41,631 bases of DNA from Octopus sinensis (Eukaryota). Below are positions 1 to 10,901 of this stretch, piece by piece; the stretch's first letter is position 1; every line of letters begins with the position of its first letter. Location of the stretch: assembly GCF_006345805.1 (NCBI RefSeq), contig NW_021835514.1:1-41631 (forward strand), in the 5' to 3' direction. The notes beneath the pieces were generated by a model that saw only the letters and a program-made list of their open reading frames with translations, was not told where the DNA came from and made no database searches. The translations under genes were made by a program, and so were the position numbers.

Positions 1-612
1 TTCTGTATGTTATATATACTGTTAGTTCTGTTGTTTTTGTTATGTATTTGTCTGAATATTTTTTTATCATACCTAATGCGCCTACTATAATAGGAATTGT
101 TTCTGTTTTTAGACTCCACATTCGAGTTACCTCTATTTCCAGATCTTTGTATTTTGAAAGTTTCTCCATTTCTTTTTGATGAACATTGTCATCTGTTGGT
201 ATTGATACATCGATTAGAAAACATTTTTATTTTGATGATCTCCGACAACTATATCCGGCCTATTAGCCTTAATTTCTCTATCTGTATGTATTGGCATATC
301 GTATATATGCTTTTTCATTTTCTGTGACCTTTTCTAGCGTGTGCCTATACCATCTTTTTTCTGTTGTTATTTCATAGTGTTGGCATAGCTTCCAGTGTAT
401 AGAAGTCCCAACACTATCGTGTCTGTGAACATATTCCTTCTTAGCCAGGACTGGGCAGCCAGGCACAATATGATTTATTGTTTCTTTTCTATCTCCACAT
501 ATTCTGCAGTTACTTGTATTTTTTTCCCTTACATGTTTTTGCTAATTTTTGGTGGGAAAGCTTTTGATCTTGTGCTGCAATTAAAAATCCTTCAGTCTCT
601 GCTTTGAGTCAT
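1..612 (-). mobile_element. R4/Dong-type (RLE-encoding) non-LTR retrotransposon, decayed 3' portion running off the window edge
   Basis: Minus-strand frames give ETEGFLIAAQDQ, CRICGDRKETINHIVPGCPVLAKKEYVHRHD (CCHC knuckle), then MPIHTDREIKANRPDIVV and DVSIP..EKLSKYKDLEIEV (PD-(D/E)xK nuclease), with frameshifts. Closely similar to the copy at 16115-16730. Confidence 0.85.
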
Positions 613-626
613 GAATTAGTAGAAAG

Positions 627-737
627 GATTATTATTATTGTTGTTGTTGCAGTTGTTGTTGTTGTTGTTGCTGCTGCTGCGCTGCTGCTGATGATGATGA
701 TGATGATGATGTTGTTGTTGTTGTTGTTGTTGTTGTT
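627..737. repeat. Compound trinucleotide microsatellite (ATT/GTT/GCT/GAT)
   Basis: Direct inspection. Confidence 0.95.
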
Positions 738-747
738 TAAGTCAGCC

Positions 748-960
748 AAGTGGCAGAATTGATAGCACGCCTAGGAAAATGCTTAGCAACATTTCGTCCG
801 TCTGTGCATTGTGAGTTCAGATTCTACCGAGGTCGCCTTTGTATTTCATCCTTTCGGGTTCTATGAAACTAGTACCAGTCGAACCCCGGAGTCTATGTTG
901 TCGATATAGCCCACCCCTAGAACTGCTGGCTTTGTGCCAAAGCTTAAAACCATTATGATT
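748..960 (+). mobile_element. tRNA-derived SINE, family C (diverged)
   Basis: tggcagaat..gagttcagattc..gaggtcg..tttcatcctttcggg..agtaccagt matches the better copies at 38075 and 41188. Confidence 0.65.
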
Positions 961-1099
961 GTCATGAAACTATTGAATGCCATTTCATTTACCAGGGATG
1001 TTAACAAGTTTTCTCTGCTCTCAAGAATCTTTATTTGAATTCTTCCAGATATAAGGATTGTACTTTTCTGTTTGTCGACAACCGAAGATACACGGTCCT

Positions 1100-1627
1100 G
1101 ATGGTGGTGGTGATGGCGGCGGCGGCGGCGGCGGCGGCGGTGGTGGTGGTGGTGGTGGTGGTGGTGATGATGACAGTGGTGGTAGTGATGACGACGATAA
1201 GAGAACGATGATGGTGGTGGTAGCGATGATGGTGATGGTATGGTAATGATGATGATGACGACGACGACGACGATGATGATGATGATGATAATGATGATGA
1301 GGAGGAGGAGAATGGTAGCGGTGGTGAAGGTTATGGTTATGGTGGTGGTGGTGATAGCGGCAGCGGCAGTTTGTGGTGGTTGTGGCGGTGGTGGGTGGTG
1401 GTGGTGGTGGTGGTGGTGAAGAGTTGGTGACGATGATAATAACGATGATGATAATGGCGGTGGTGGTAGCGATGAAGACGATGGGGAAAAAAGAACGATG
1501 ATGGCGGTGGTGGCGATGATGGTGACGGTATGATAGTGATGATAATGATAATGAGGATGACGACAATGATGATGATGATGATGTTAATGATGATGATGAT
1601 GATGATGATGAGGATGATGAGGATGAT

Positions 1628-1662
<35 letters not shown>

Positions 1663-1716
1663 TGATGATCATGATGGCGATGATGGCGATGATGATGATG
1701 ATGATGGCGATGGCGA

Positions 1717-1750
<34 letters not shown>

Positions 1751-1806
1751 GGTGGTGGTGGTGGTGGTGGTGATGATGATGATGATGATGATGACGATGA
1801 CGACGA
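1100..1806. repeat. Long mosaic trinucleotide array (GGT/GGC/GAT/GAC)
   Basis: Direct inspection; it is the source of the poly-M/H/I/P/S ORFs. Confidence 0.95.
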
Positions 1807-2059
1807 CAGAGAGTAAGAAAAGAAGCAAGAATCAAGAATGTCAGAGCGAAGAGTCTGGGCGACTGTGATGTCGCTGGCGGCGGGCAACGCGGTTCGTGGA
1901 GGTTCCTTTACGAGTCCTCTTCACCCCCAATGGCAAGTGAACGAACCGTTCACCTCCTTAAGACTGTTTATCTCGTAGAACAATCTTATTGTTAGCTCCA
2001 ATATGTAGGAAAACATGCATAGATATATGTCACATTGTAAGATATATCAGCTTAAGTTT

Positions 2060-2138
2060 ATATACGTACGTATGCATGTGCGTGCGTGTATGTATGTAAT
2101 TTGTATATAATTTTTATATATATATATATATATATAGG

Positions 2139-2169
<31 letters not shown>

Positions 2170-2316
2170 GAAGGAGAGAGGGCACGCAGGAGAAGAGGGA
2201 ATCAGACAGAGATATGAGAGTTTATATACAAGAGAAATATATTGCCAGAGATATATTACACTAGATGTATATCTGCGAATACACACCACACACCCACCCA
2301 CACACACACACCACAC

Positions 2317-2351
<35 letters not shown>

Positions 2352-3014
2352 TTGTGCATGTGTGTGTGTGCGTGCGACTGTATGTGTGTGTATGTATAAG
2401 ATATGTATAAATTTTTATATAGATAAGCATGAATATAATAATATATTATATATATATATATATATATATACAAACTTATACACACATACATACACGCACA
2501 CACATATATATGTATGTATAGATATATACACTCATGACCACAAACACGTACAAGTACATATATAACCATACTTGCATTCACGCATCCCGCTTATCCATGT
2601 ATATACATGTGCATATCTATACATGACACGACCATGTGAAGCATTTCTATACAAAATGAAAGATATTATATATAAGTGCTTATATATCAATGTATATCTC
2701 TTACGGTAAATACAGATATATATCACTTGCACGGTGAAGTTTATCTCTGATACTAAGAATACAAAGCCCCATACGATAAATGATGTACGTATGTGTGGTT
2801 TTATACATGTGTGTGTGTGTGCATGGACATGACTGTGTATTCATGTGGGATATATACATCTCTGTGTGTGTGTGTGTGAGCATGTGATTGTTTACAAGTA
2901 TTGATGTATGCACATGTAAATATATATATATGAATGTTTGCATGTGTATATTTGTTTATATATATATACATAATGTATGCATATGTGAATACATACACAC
3001 ACACACACACACAC

Positions 3015-3046
<32 letters not shown>

Positions 3047-3198
3047 ATATATATATTTGTGTGTGTGCATATATACACACAATCATATATACATATGTAT
3101 CTGTATAAAATACATATATATATTATATATGTGTGTGTGTGTGTCTATGTATGTTTGTATGTATGTATGTATCTATCTAGTTAGCTATATATATATAC
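2060..3198. repeat. Mosaic (TA)n/(CA)n/(GA)n microsatellite region
   Basis: Direct inspection. Confidence 0.9.
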
Positions 3199-3950
3199 TG
3201 GAGTAAACACAAAAATGTGAAACAAGGTGGAAAAAGAGTACTCAAATACCAGGGGTAGAGTAATATGCTTTATTTAAAAGCAGCAGAAATTCAACAAAAG
3301 CTGTTACTCGGAGTTTCACGTTCCCGTTCGTCGGACGAACGGGAACGTGAAACTCCGAGTAACAGCTTTTGTTGGGTTTCTGCTGCTTTTAAAAAATTTA
3401 TACACTTGACAAAACAGTAAGGAACGACTTACACCTTATAATATATTTTTCGCCTTTTCAAGAAGATGGATTCTTTTGAATATATATAGCATGGACTCTA
3501 TTGAATGTATGTAACAATTATGAACTGTTCCATTATACTCTTTATTATAAAAAAATTCTTTTTGATAAGGTTCGTTATTTCAAGAACCGAAACATGTAAA
3601 ATTAAAATTCATCTAATATAGTGGCATTTTCAAACTTCTTTTTTACAAATATATACCCACTCGTATACGATCTAATCTTATTATAAATATATATATATAT
3701 ATACTATATATAATGATAAATATCAAAGTGAGTTATATACAGTAGCGGTAACACATCGTGACGTATTTTTGCCATTTCAATATGGCTAACCCCTAAGGGT
3801 GGATGCTACTGTAGTTTTTAGCCCCAGGAGGACACACTCCTCCAGCTGGTTGTCTATGGCCAGCTGGAGGAGTGTGTCCTCCTGGGGCTAAAAACTACAG
3901 TAGCATCCACCCTTAGGGGTTAGCCATATTGAAATGGCAAAAATACGTCC
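3199..3950. mobile_element. AT-rich insert between (TA)n runs with two long palindromes and hammerhead-like motifs; putative Penelope-like terminal-repeat derivative
   Basis: Shares aaacaaggtggaaaa..agtactc.aatacc with 28932-28962. Palindromes at 3273-3393 and 3760-3949. GAAAC-AT-GTA motif at 3589-3598. Confidence 0.5.
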
Positions 3951-3958
3951 ACTATATA

Positions 3959-3990
<32 letters not shown>

Positions 3991-4034
3991 CATTATATAT
4001 ATATATATATAAACCTCACAGATAGATAATCATC

Positions 4035-4180
4035 TATTCTTTTACTTTATCCAGTCATTGGACTGCGATCATGTTGGAGCAGAGGGTTGAACCGAACAAG
4101 TCGGCCACAGTATTTATTGTAAGGCTGACGTTTACTCTATCGAAATCATTTTGCTGAACCGCTAACTTTTGGGAATTTAA
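4035..4180 (-). mobile_element. SINE family A, old 3' half
   Basis: Diverged match to the cttttacttgtttcagtcatttgactgcggccatgctggagc..gaaccgctaa tail. Confidence 0.55.
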
Positions 4181-4181
4181 A

Positions 4182-4342
4182 TGTAGGAATGGCTGTGTTG
4201 TAAGTAGCTTGCTTACCAACCACATGGTTCTGGGTTCAGTCCCACTACGTGGCACCTTGGGCAAGTGTCTTCTACTACAGCCCCGGGCCATCCAAAGCCT
4301 TGTGAGTGGATTTGATGGACGGAAACTGAAAGAAGCCCATCG

Positions 4343-4375
<33 letters not shown>

Positions 4376-4559
4376 ATATATTATATACAAAATAAGAAAA
4401 TGGGAAATATATCTAAATCATTCATCAACTATCAGATAATACCGAATCACATACTTTATTAAAACACTACACAAGAGCATTAAGATTAGACATTAATACA
4501 GTACAACAATTACAATCATTATAATGAGATATAACTAATAAATATATATATATATATAT

Positions 4560-4593
<34 letters not shown>

Positions 4594-4827
4594 CTTCTAA
4601 AATATGTATTTGTATTATTGTTATTTTATCTTATATTACCTATTCATTTATATAATATTTTGTTTGCTTTTGATGTTCTCATTTGTAAAATGAATAAATA
4701 ATCCAACATTATAATATCCCGTAATGATGAATATAAACCAAATTTGTTCCTCCATTTTCTTATTTGTATCATATATATGTGTATATATATATAACTATAT
4801 ATATAATATATATAATATATATATATA

Positions 4828-4874
<47 letters not shown>

Positions 4875-5098
4875 GTGTGTTATATGTTTGTGTGTCTGTG
4901 TTTATCCCCCAACATCGCTTGACAACCGATGCTGGTGTGTTTACGTCCTCGTAGCTTAGCGGTTCGGCAAGAGAGACCGATAGAATAAGTACTAGGCTTC
5001 CAAAGATTATGTCCTGGGGTCGATTTGCTCGACTAAAGGCCTTGCTCCAGCATGGTCACAGTCAAATGACTGAAACACGAAAAGAGGAAAAGAGTAAG
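4182..5098 (+). mobile_element. tRNA-derived SINE family A, split at its internal (TA)n by an insertion
   Basis: 5' half 4182-4343 (A box tggctgtg.tg, B box ggttcagtccc). The 3' half resumes at about 4871 and ends in the aaagag tail. Confidence 0.85.
4386..4768. mobile_element. Small AT-rich element with about 18-bp inverted ends, inserted in (TA)n
   Basis: tacaaaataagaaaatgg (4386) versus ccattttcttatttgta (to 4768). 4386-4520 is homologous to 22173-22300. Confidence 0.55.
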
Positions 5099-5634
5099 CA
5101 ACAGCAATTATGAAAGGGTGGTGAGTCAAAAGCAAAGATGCATACGTACGCATGCGTGTGCCCGCACACACACGCGCGCGCGCGCGCTCACGCACACATA
5201 CACTCGGTGACGCACACATCTCTACGCCTCGCATGTCTGTGCACATCTTATATAAAATGACGTACAAAAAAATTCATAAAATTTTGGAAAATATTTCTTT
5301 ACCCAGGAAGAGTAAGCGAATCGCTCTGTAGCGATTCGCACCGACTACAAATGAGAAATTCAGGTAATTCCAAGAACCAAAAAAGTTGTACATCTTACAT
5401 AAAATGACGTACAAAAAATTCACATTCCATGAAGGAATAAACGCTCTAATAGTCCCGGAGAAAAAATGGCAACTGTGAAGATATGTTTCTGCCTTAACAA
5501 GCGTCATCAACATTGCGAATCCTTGCCTTCCCTTCAATAGACAAAGCAATTATATCAAAATAGAGTGCAACGGATTCATGACCAGAGTAATTTTCACAAC
5601 GTGGCATTTGACTGGTAAGTACAACTGTGGTTGC

Positions 5635-6025
5635 TATTTGTTTGTTTGTTTGTTTGTTGAGCGAAGCGGTCTTCGTCCCGTCTGTAGTGGGAGAAGTCCG
5701 AAACGTGGTCCTTTGCTATTCGTAATACCCGCAGAAGAGAAAGCAGGTCAACACCCCCGACACCGAGAGCATCGACGGATGGATGAATGCGCATCCAGGC
5801 TCAGTGGTTGCGTAGGAAGTCGGGGACAAGAAACAGAAAGAAAGAGTGAGAGAAAGTTGGAGCGAAAGAGTACAACAGGGGTGCCCCCCCCCCACCTGCC
5901 GGAGCCTCGTGGAGCTTTAGGTGTTTTCGCTCAATAAGCACACACAACGCCCGGTCTGGGAATCGAAACCGCGATCCCCCGACCGCGAGTCCGCTGCCCT
6001 AACCATTGGGCCATTGCGCCTCCAC
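5635..6025 (-). mobile_element. tRNA-derived SINE family B with (AAAC)n tail
   Basis: Minus strand gtggaggcgcaatggcccaatggttagggcagcggactcgcgg..ggtttcgattccc; same head and body as 35810. Confidence 0.85.
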
Positions 6026-6915
6026 TTTGTGGTTGCTGCTGCTGCTACTTATGGTTTCTTAGGAGAGGGAGAGAAAGGGAGGGAGAGAGAGAGTGACTAT
6101 TATGAGATGAAAGAGAGGAAGTATATTCTCCTTAAGGGGAGAGAACTGTTTCAGGGTTTTATGTTATCCTTTGTTTGGTTTTCGTTTTTTACTTATCTGG
6201 AGAGATTTTTTCCACTAAGTGAAAGGGTTTCCATATTCCCATAAAATCAGTTTATTGGACGTTTCTCAATAATAGTCGTTGATAGCGTTATTTCGCCCTT
6301 ATTCTGGGTTCGTCAGTGCAATATAACTTAAAAACTTGATATTAGTCTATATCATTTGAAAAGTTTAAGAATGAAACATTTTCTTTCCATTTCGTTTCGG
6401 TTCCTTTTTGGGTCTTTTTTTTTTATAAAAAAAAATGAGCCAAGAGAAATAATTTAGAATATCCAAAGAGAAATATTTGAAGTACAAGGATGGATTAAGA
6501 TATATTAAATAATACACAAGATAAATTCTTGATTTATTGAAATTATCGCCACTTCCATAATGTTTGGACCTGTAACACGGTAGCATTTGGCACCAACTCC
6601 TAATTATAAGGAAAGATAATCTTAAAAATAAAATCTTTCTAACTGAAATGCCATTGAGGAAAAAGTGCGATTGTTCGAAGTCAAGAGGACCACTGTGGAC
6701 CGCATTAAACTCACTTTATTTCTCTCTGTTCAAATACACTTCTGTCCAGACTTCTTCTTTGGTCTTAATAGAATATATTTAATCGAGATAATATTTTCAC
6801 TCATTATTAATAACACAATCTCATCTATTTGGCAAATTTTTAATCCTTCAGGTGTAAAAATCTTCAGGTTTTGAAGCAAAGAAACACCCAATGTAATTTT
6901 TAACCTCTTTATAAT

Positions 6916-7157
6916 TAATCCTTTGTTAAAAACCCTTCCAACTAAAGGCACAAAATCTGAAATTTTCGGTTGTGTATGGGGGGGGGTCTAGTCGATTACA
7001 TCGACCCCCCGTGTTTCGATGGTTCTTAATTCATCGATATCGAAAGGATGAAAGGCAAAGTCGACCTCGGCGGAATTTGAACTCAGAACCTAAGGACGGA
7101 CGAAATGCCGCTAAGCGGTTTGCCCGGCATGTTAACGATTCTGCCAGCTCGCCGCCT
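6916..7157 (-). mobile_element. SINE family C (3' part of the tRNA-SINE chimera)
   Basis: aggcggcgagctggcagaatcgttaac..gagttcaaattccgccgaggtcgactttgcctttcatcctttcg..aaaggatta tail. Confidence 0.88.
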
Positions 7158-7166
7158 TTAAAATCC

Positions 7167-7279
7167 TACCCTGGGTGAAGTTCGAACTCATAACCGCCGC
7201 ATGTCTCCTGTTTTGGGAATAACACAAAGAAGATACTGTCTAATAAGTACGGCGCGTTAACCGATTGTGCCACCGGGGC
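7167..7279 (-). tRNA. tRNA-Ile(TAT) with 39-nt intron (7203-7241), probably a pseudogene
   Basis: GCCCCGG TG GCAC AATCGGTTA ACGC G CCGTA CT-TAT-T [intron agacagta...] A TGCGG CGGTT ATGAG TTCGAAC TTCAC CCAGGGT A. The anticodon stem pairs and the intron is at the canonical 37/38 position. Mismatches occur in the acceptor, D and T stems, and there is a T at position 37. Confidence 0.8.
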
Positions 7280-7432
7280 AGCTTTATAATCGATTAACTT
7301 TTTTCCCCTCAAAATATTGTTGCAATGATTATCTGTCAGAGCAAGGTCAGGAGAGTAAGGAGGGTGAAGCAAACCTTCCTTATTTTGTAGATATTTTCCT
7401 GAGTAAGTTGGACAATATGTGGTTTGGCATTA

Positions 7433-7797
7433 TCTCTCTATATATAAACCACAAAATGTCTGTGTGTGTGTCCTTTATACAAATCCACAATTATTCAGTT
7501 AGAGGGCTCGTACTTTCTATGGTCATTAAAAACCGTCCAAGGATGGTCGTGCACATCTTTACATTTCCCCAGTCACCCCGCAAAGCCATTAAAAAAATCA
7601 ATAGAAGTGACTTTTTTGTGAATTTTCTATCCAAAACCCAATCAAAATGCCCGAAACTTGATACGCCAATTAAATGACAGCTAGCTGTATTTGATTGGTC
7701 GGAGATTTGGACAGTACTCGCGTGTATGTGCGCACGCACGCAGCTGTATATGCATGCACTAGTACTATGACCCGGCAACGCCGGGTCATAGTGCTAG
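7433..7797 (+). mobile_element. Non-autonomous Helitron
   Basis: 5' TC(tctctatatataaa), 3' hairpin tatgacccgg-caacg-ccgggtcata then CTAG. Inserted between A7432 and T7798 with no TSD. Removal restores the mariner Q-D-N-A codons. Confidence 0.9.
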
Positions 7798-8392
7798 TCT
7801 TGTATAAACAACATACTTTTATGACTGATCAATGATGGACGCTTTTTCTGTAAACTTTTGTGTAATGCTTTCGCTTAACGATAATAATTCTCTGCATTAA
7901 CTGTTTCGTATAATACTTCATGATAGATGATTCTTTTCACACCCCACCAAACACAAAGCACAGATTTTTTCCAATGTAGTCCTGGTTTGGCGTTAGATTC
8001 ACTATTTTCATTGGGTGCTAACCACTTTCATTTTCGTTTGATATGATTATAGAGAACTCGATGATCAGATGGTAGCTCTTAGATCAATCTGAGAAGCAAT
8101 CAGGCAAAGAGAAACCTACTGACACTTTTCTGAATTCATAATTCATCAGAGTGTTTTATGATCGAAATGTGACTTAGATTGAACTGCTTTGCCAATTCTC
8201 ATGCAGTTTCCTTTTGATTTCCCCCAACGTCAGTTTTCAGCAAGTCGATATTGACAGAACTTAGTCGTCCACATTAAAGGAGATCTGCAGATGAAAAATT
8301 TCCAGAGCAAAAGTAGCCAAACCATCATTGGCATGTCTGAACACTAAAAGCTTCTTTTCTTTTAACAGAACGAATAATTCTTCAGCGTCTAT

Positions 8393-8815
8393 GGACCTTT
8401 TCGGTTTGAACGGCAGTTTTTCCTAGCGGTGTCATATGAAATTGTCACCCATAATTATGACCCTAGTATCGATCTATTGCATTTCAATCTGTTTTAAGGT
8501 TAGGGTTAGGGTTAGGGGTGGGGAGAAGGGTATCTTTTTTCTTCACAAATGTAAATAAACCCAATCTGTTTCTTAAATGAGGGACATATTCATACGGCAC
8601 AGAATGCTTTTTAACTCAATAGACGTCAGTGATTAGTTGAAATTGCAGAAATTGAAGAAAAAACAACAATAAATATCTTACAAACTATAGAATTTTCTCA
8701 ATAAAGCCAAGAGAAAAAGATGTTTTATAAACACATTCTACCAGTATACGAAGTTTAAAATTTTTTAGTCACCTAGAAATTATGTTAAAAACTGCCGTTC
8801 AAACCGAAAAGATCC
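8393..8815. mobile_element. MITE with about 28-bp TIRs and 8-bp TSD (hAT/Merlin/P class)
   Basis: ggaccttttcggtttgaacggcagtttt ... aaaactgccgttcaaaccgaaaagatcc. TSD gcgtctat (8385-8392) and gcttctat (8816-8823). Confidence 0.9.
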
Positions 8816-9063
8816 GCTTCTATTGGTAAATAGCCCCTTTTGAATTCATACAGCATAGAGTGTCTGATGCTGGACTAATCTAGCTTCATTTTAAAAGGGT
8901 AAGTATCGATAATAATGTAACCGCTAAGGTATAAAGTAATCTACAAAGAATGAAAAGATGAGAATGTGAGAATCAATGCATATTTCACTGTTAGAATTGA
9001 AAATGTCCCCTAAAATTAATAATGTGAAAAATGCGATAGGAAGATTTTCGAATTTAATATAAA

Positions 9064-9088
9064 TGTGTGTGCGTGTGTGCCTTGTGCG

Positions 9089-9122
<34 letters not shown>

Positions 9123-9212
9123 GTGTGGTGTGTGTGTATGTGTGTGTGTGTGTGTATGTGTGTGCGTGTGTGTGTATGTGTGTGTGTGTGTGTGTGTGCT
9201 TGTGCGTGTGTA
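9064..9212. repeat. (GT)n microsatellite
   Basis: Direct inspection. Confidence 0.95.
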
Positions 9213-9616
9213 TAAATTAGGAAAAAAAACACCTTTTATTAATTCAATAATAAAAAATTAAATTATACCATTTAGAAAAATTACATATTATAGAAAGATT
9301 AAATATACAATAAAACCAATAACAATGATTAAGTAATGTGCAAAATAATAAATAAAATGTATATATTTGGTAGAACAACGTATATATTTGGTAGAATATA
9401 TATATATATATAGGGAGAGAGAGTTTATAAGAGGTAATGGTGTCAGTAAGACCCAAAGGTGTCAGGTAACGCTGAGTAAGTGCTTTGGATAGACCTTAGT
9501 TAAGCTCCAGGTTCGGCGATTATGCGAATGAAGAGTCTAGCGTAGGTCATACATCAGCGTGTGTATATATAAAAAAAAAATTTTCAGAATGAGATAAAAA
9601 GAAAAGTGGCTGTGAT

Positions 9617-10030
9617 AGGCGCAGGAGTGGCTGTGTGGTAAGTAGCTTGTTTACCAACCACATGGCTCCGGGTTCAGTCCCACTGCGTGGCACCTTGGGA
9701 AAGTGTCTACTACTATAGCCTCGGGCCGACCAAAGCCTTGTGAGTGGATTTGGTAGACAGAAACTGAAAGAATCCCGTCGTATATATGTATATATATGTA
9801 TGCGTGTGTGTGTTTGTCCCCCTAGCATTGCTTGACAACCGATGCTGGTGTGTTTACGTCCCCGTAACTTAGCGGTTCGGCAAAAGAGACCGATAGAATA
9901 AGTACTGGGCTTACAAAAGAATAAGTCCCGAGGTCGAGTTGCTCGATAAAGGCGGTGCTCCAGCATGGCCGCAGTCAAATGACTGAAACAAGTAAAAGAG
10001 TAAAGAGTAAAGAGTAAAGAGTAAAAGAGT
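9617..10030 (+). mobile_element. SINE family A, full length
   Basis: aggcgcaggagtggctgtgtgg head, internal (TA)/(TG) run, (GAGTAAA)n tail. Confidence 0.92.
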
Positions 10031-10453
10031 ATATATATAGTAAAATACAGTTGATTAACGTGCCTCGCAATACGATCGAACCTGCAACCCCGTAGTTGTA
10101 ATGCAATATTCATAACCACAGATCTATGCCCACGCCTATACATTTATTAATATATACAAAAATATATGTATACAAAAAGAGATATATTTAATTATTTATG
10201 TATATACAAGATAAACATACATATATGTATATATGAATGTATGCATATGCATGAATAGACGCATATAGATATGTACACACGCACGGGCGCGCACACACAC
10301 TCACACGCAGACACGCACACGCACACATACAAACTCACGCACACCGACTTGGAAGAAATTGAGGTAATTTCGCTATTTTTTCCTTATCACGTATCCCTAT
10401 ACTGCTTGTGCCTGCCTTAGTGTGTGTGGAGGGGGGCATCTGTGTGTGTGTGC

Positions 10454-10484
<31 letters not shown>

Positions 10485-10852
10485 TGTGTGTGTGTACGTG
10501 CGCAAACTGAGTAATTTCTTTTGTGAATTAGGTTCCAATTAAGGAAAGACAAAAAAGTTAATAACCTTTTTTATGCGCGTTCGTGTACTGTGTACGCGTG
10601 TATACAAGTATATGTGTGCGTGCTTTATGTTTGTCTGTGTGTGTGGCTTTGATTATATAAATACACCCACCCACACACGCTCACACACACATGTAAATAT
10701 CTATCTATCTATATATATAATATTGTTTTATATATATGCATATATATATATGTATATATATATATATGTATGTATATATATATTATATATATATAAATAT
10801 ATATATAAATAATATATAAATATATATACATACATATATATATAGTATATAT

Positions 10853-10901
<49 letters not shown>

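Larger units (their letters stand above)
6780..8889 (-). pseudogene. Mariner (DD34D-type) transposase pseudogene interrupted by three insertions
   Basis: After removing the inserts: ATG at 8889, IRHSMLYEFKRG, QTCQ*WFGYFCSGNF, ELAKQFNLS, LYNHIKRK*KWL, KPGLHWKKSVLCVWW, MLFIQDNAKPH, LHPPYSPDLA, GKK..DYKEVKNYIGCFFASKPEDFY..IKNLPNR, stop near 6780. TIR pair not confidently identified. Confidence 0.92.

Noticed and set aside
1021-1887. Long poly-His/Pro/Met/Ile/Ser ORFs
   Set aside because: Stop-free reading of trinucleotide microsatellites in several frames at once; no coding signal.
2047-3184. YI/HT/CV-repeat ORFs here and throughout the window
   Set aside because: Translations of (TA)n, (CA)n and (TACA)n runs.
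8500-8517. (TTAGGG)3 as a telomere or fusion scar
   Set aside because: Only three units, and internal to a TIR element.
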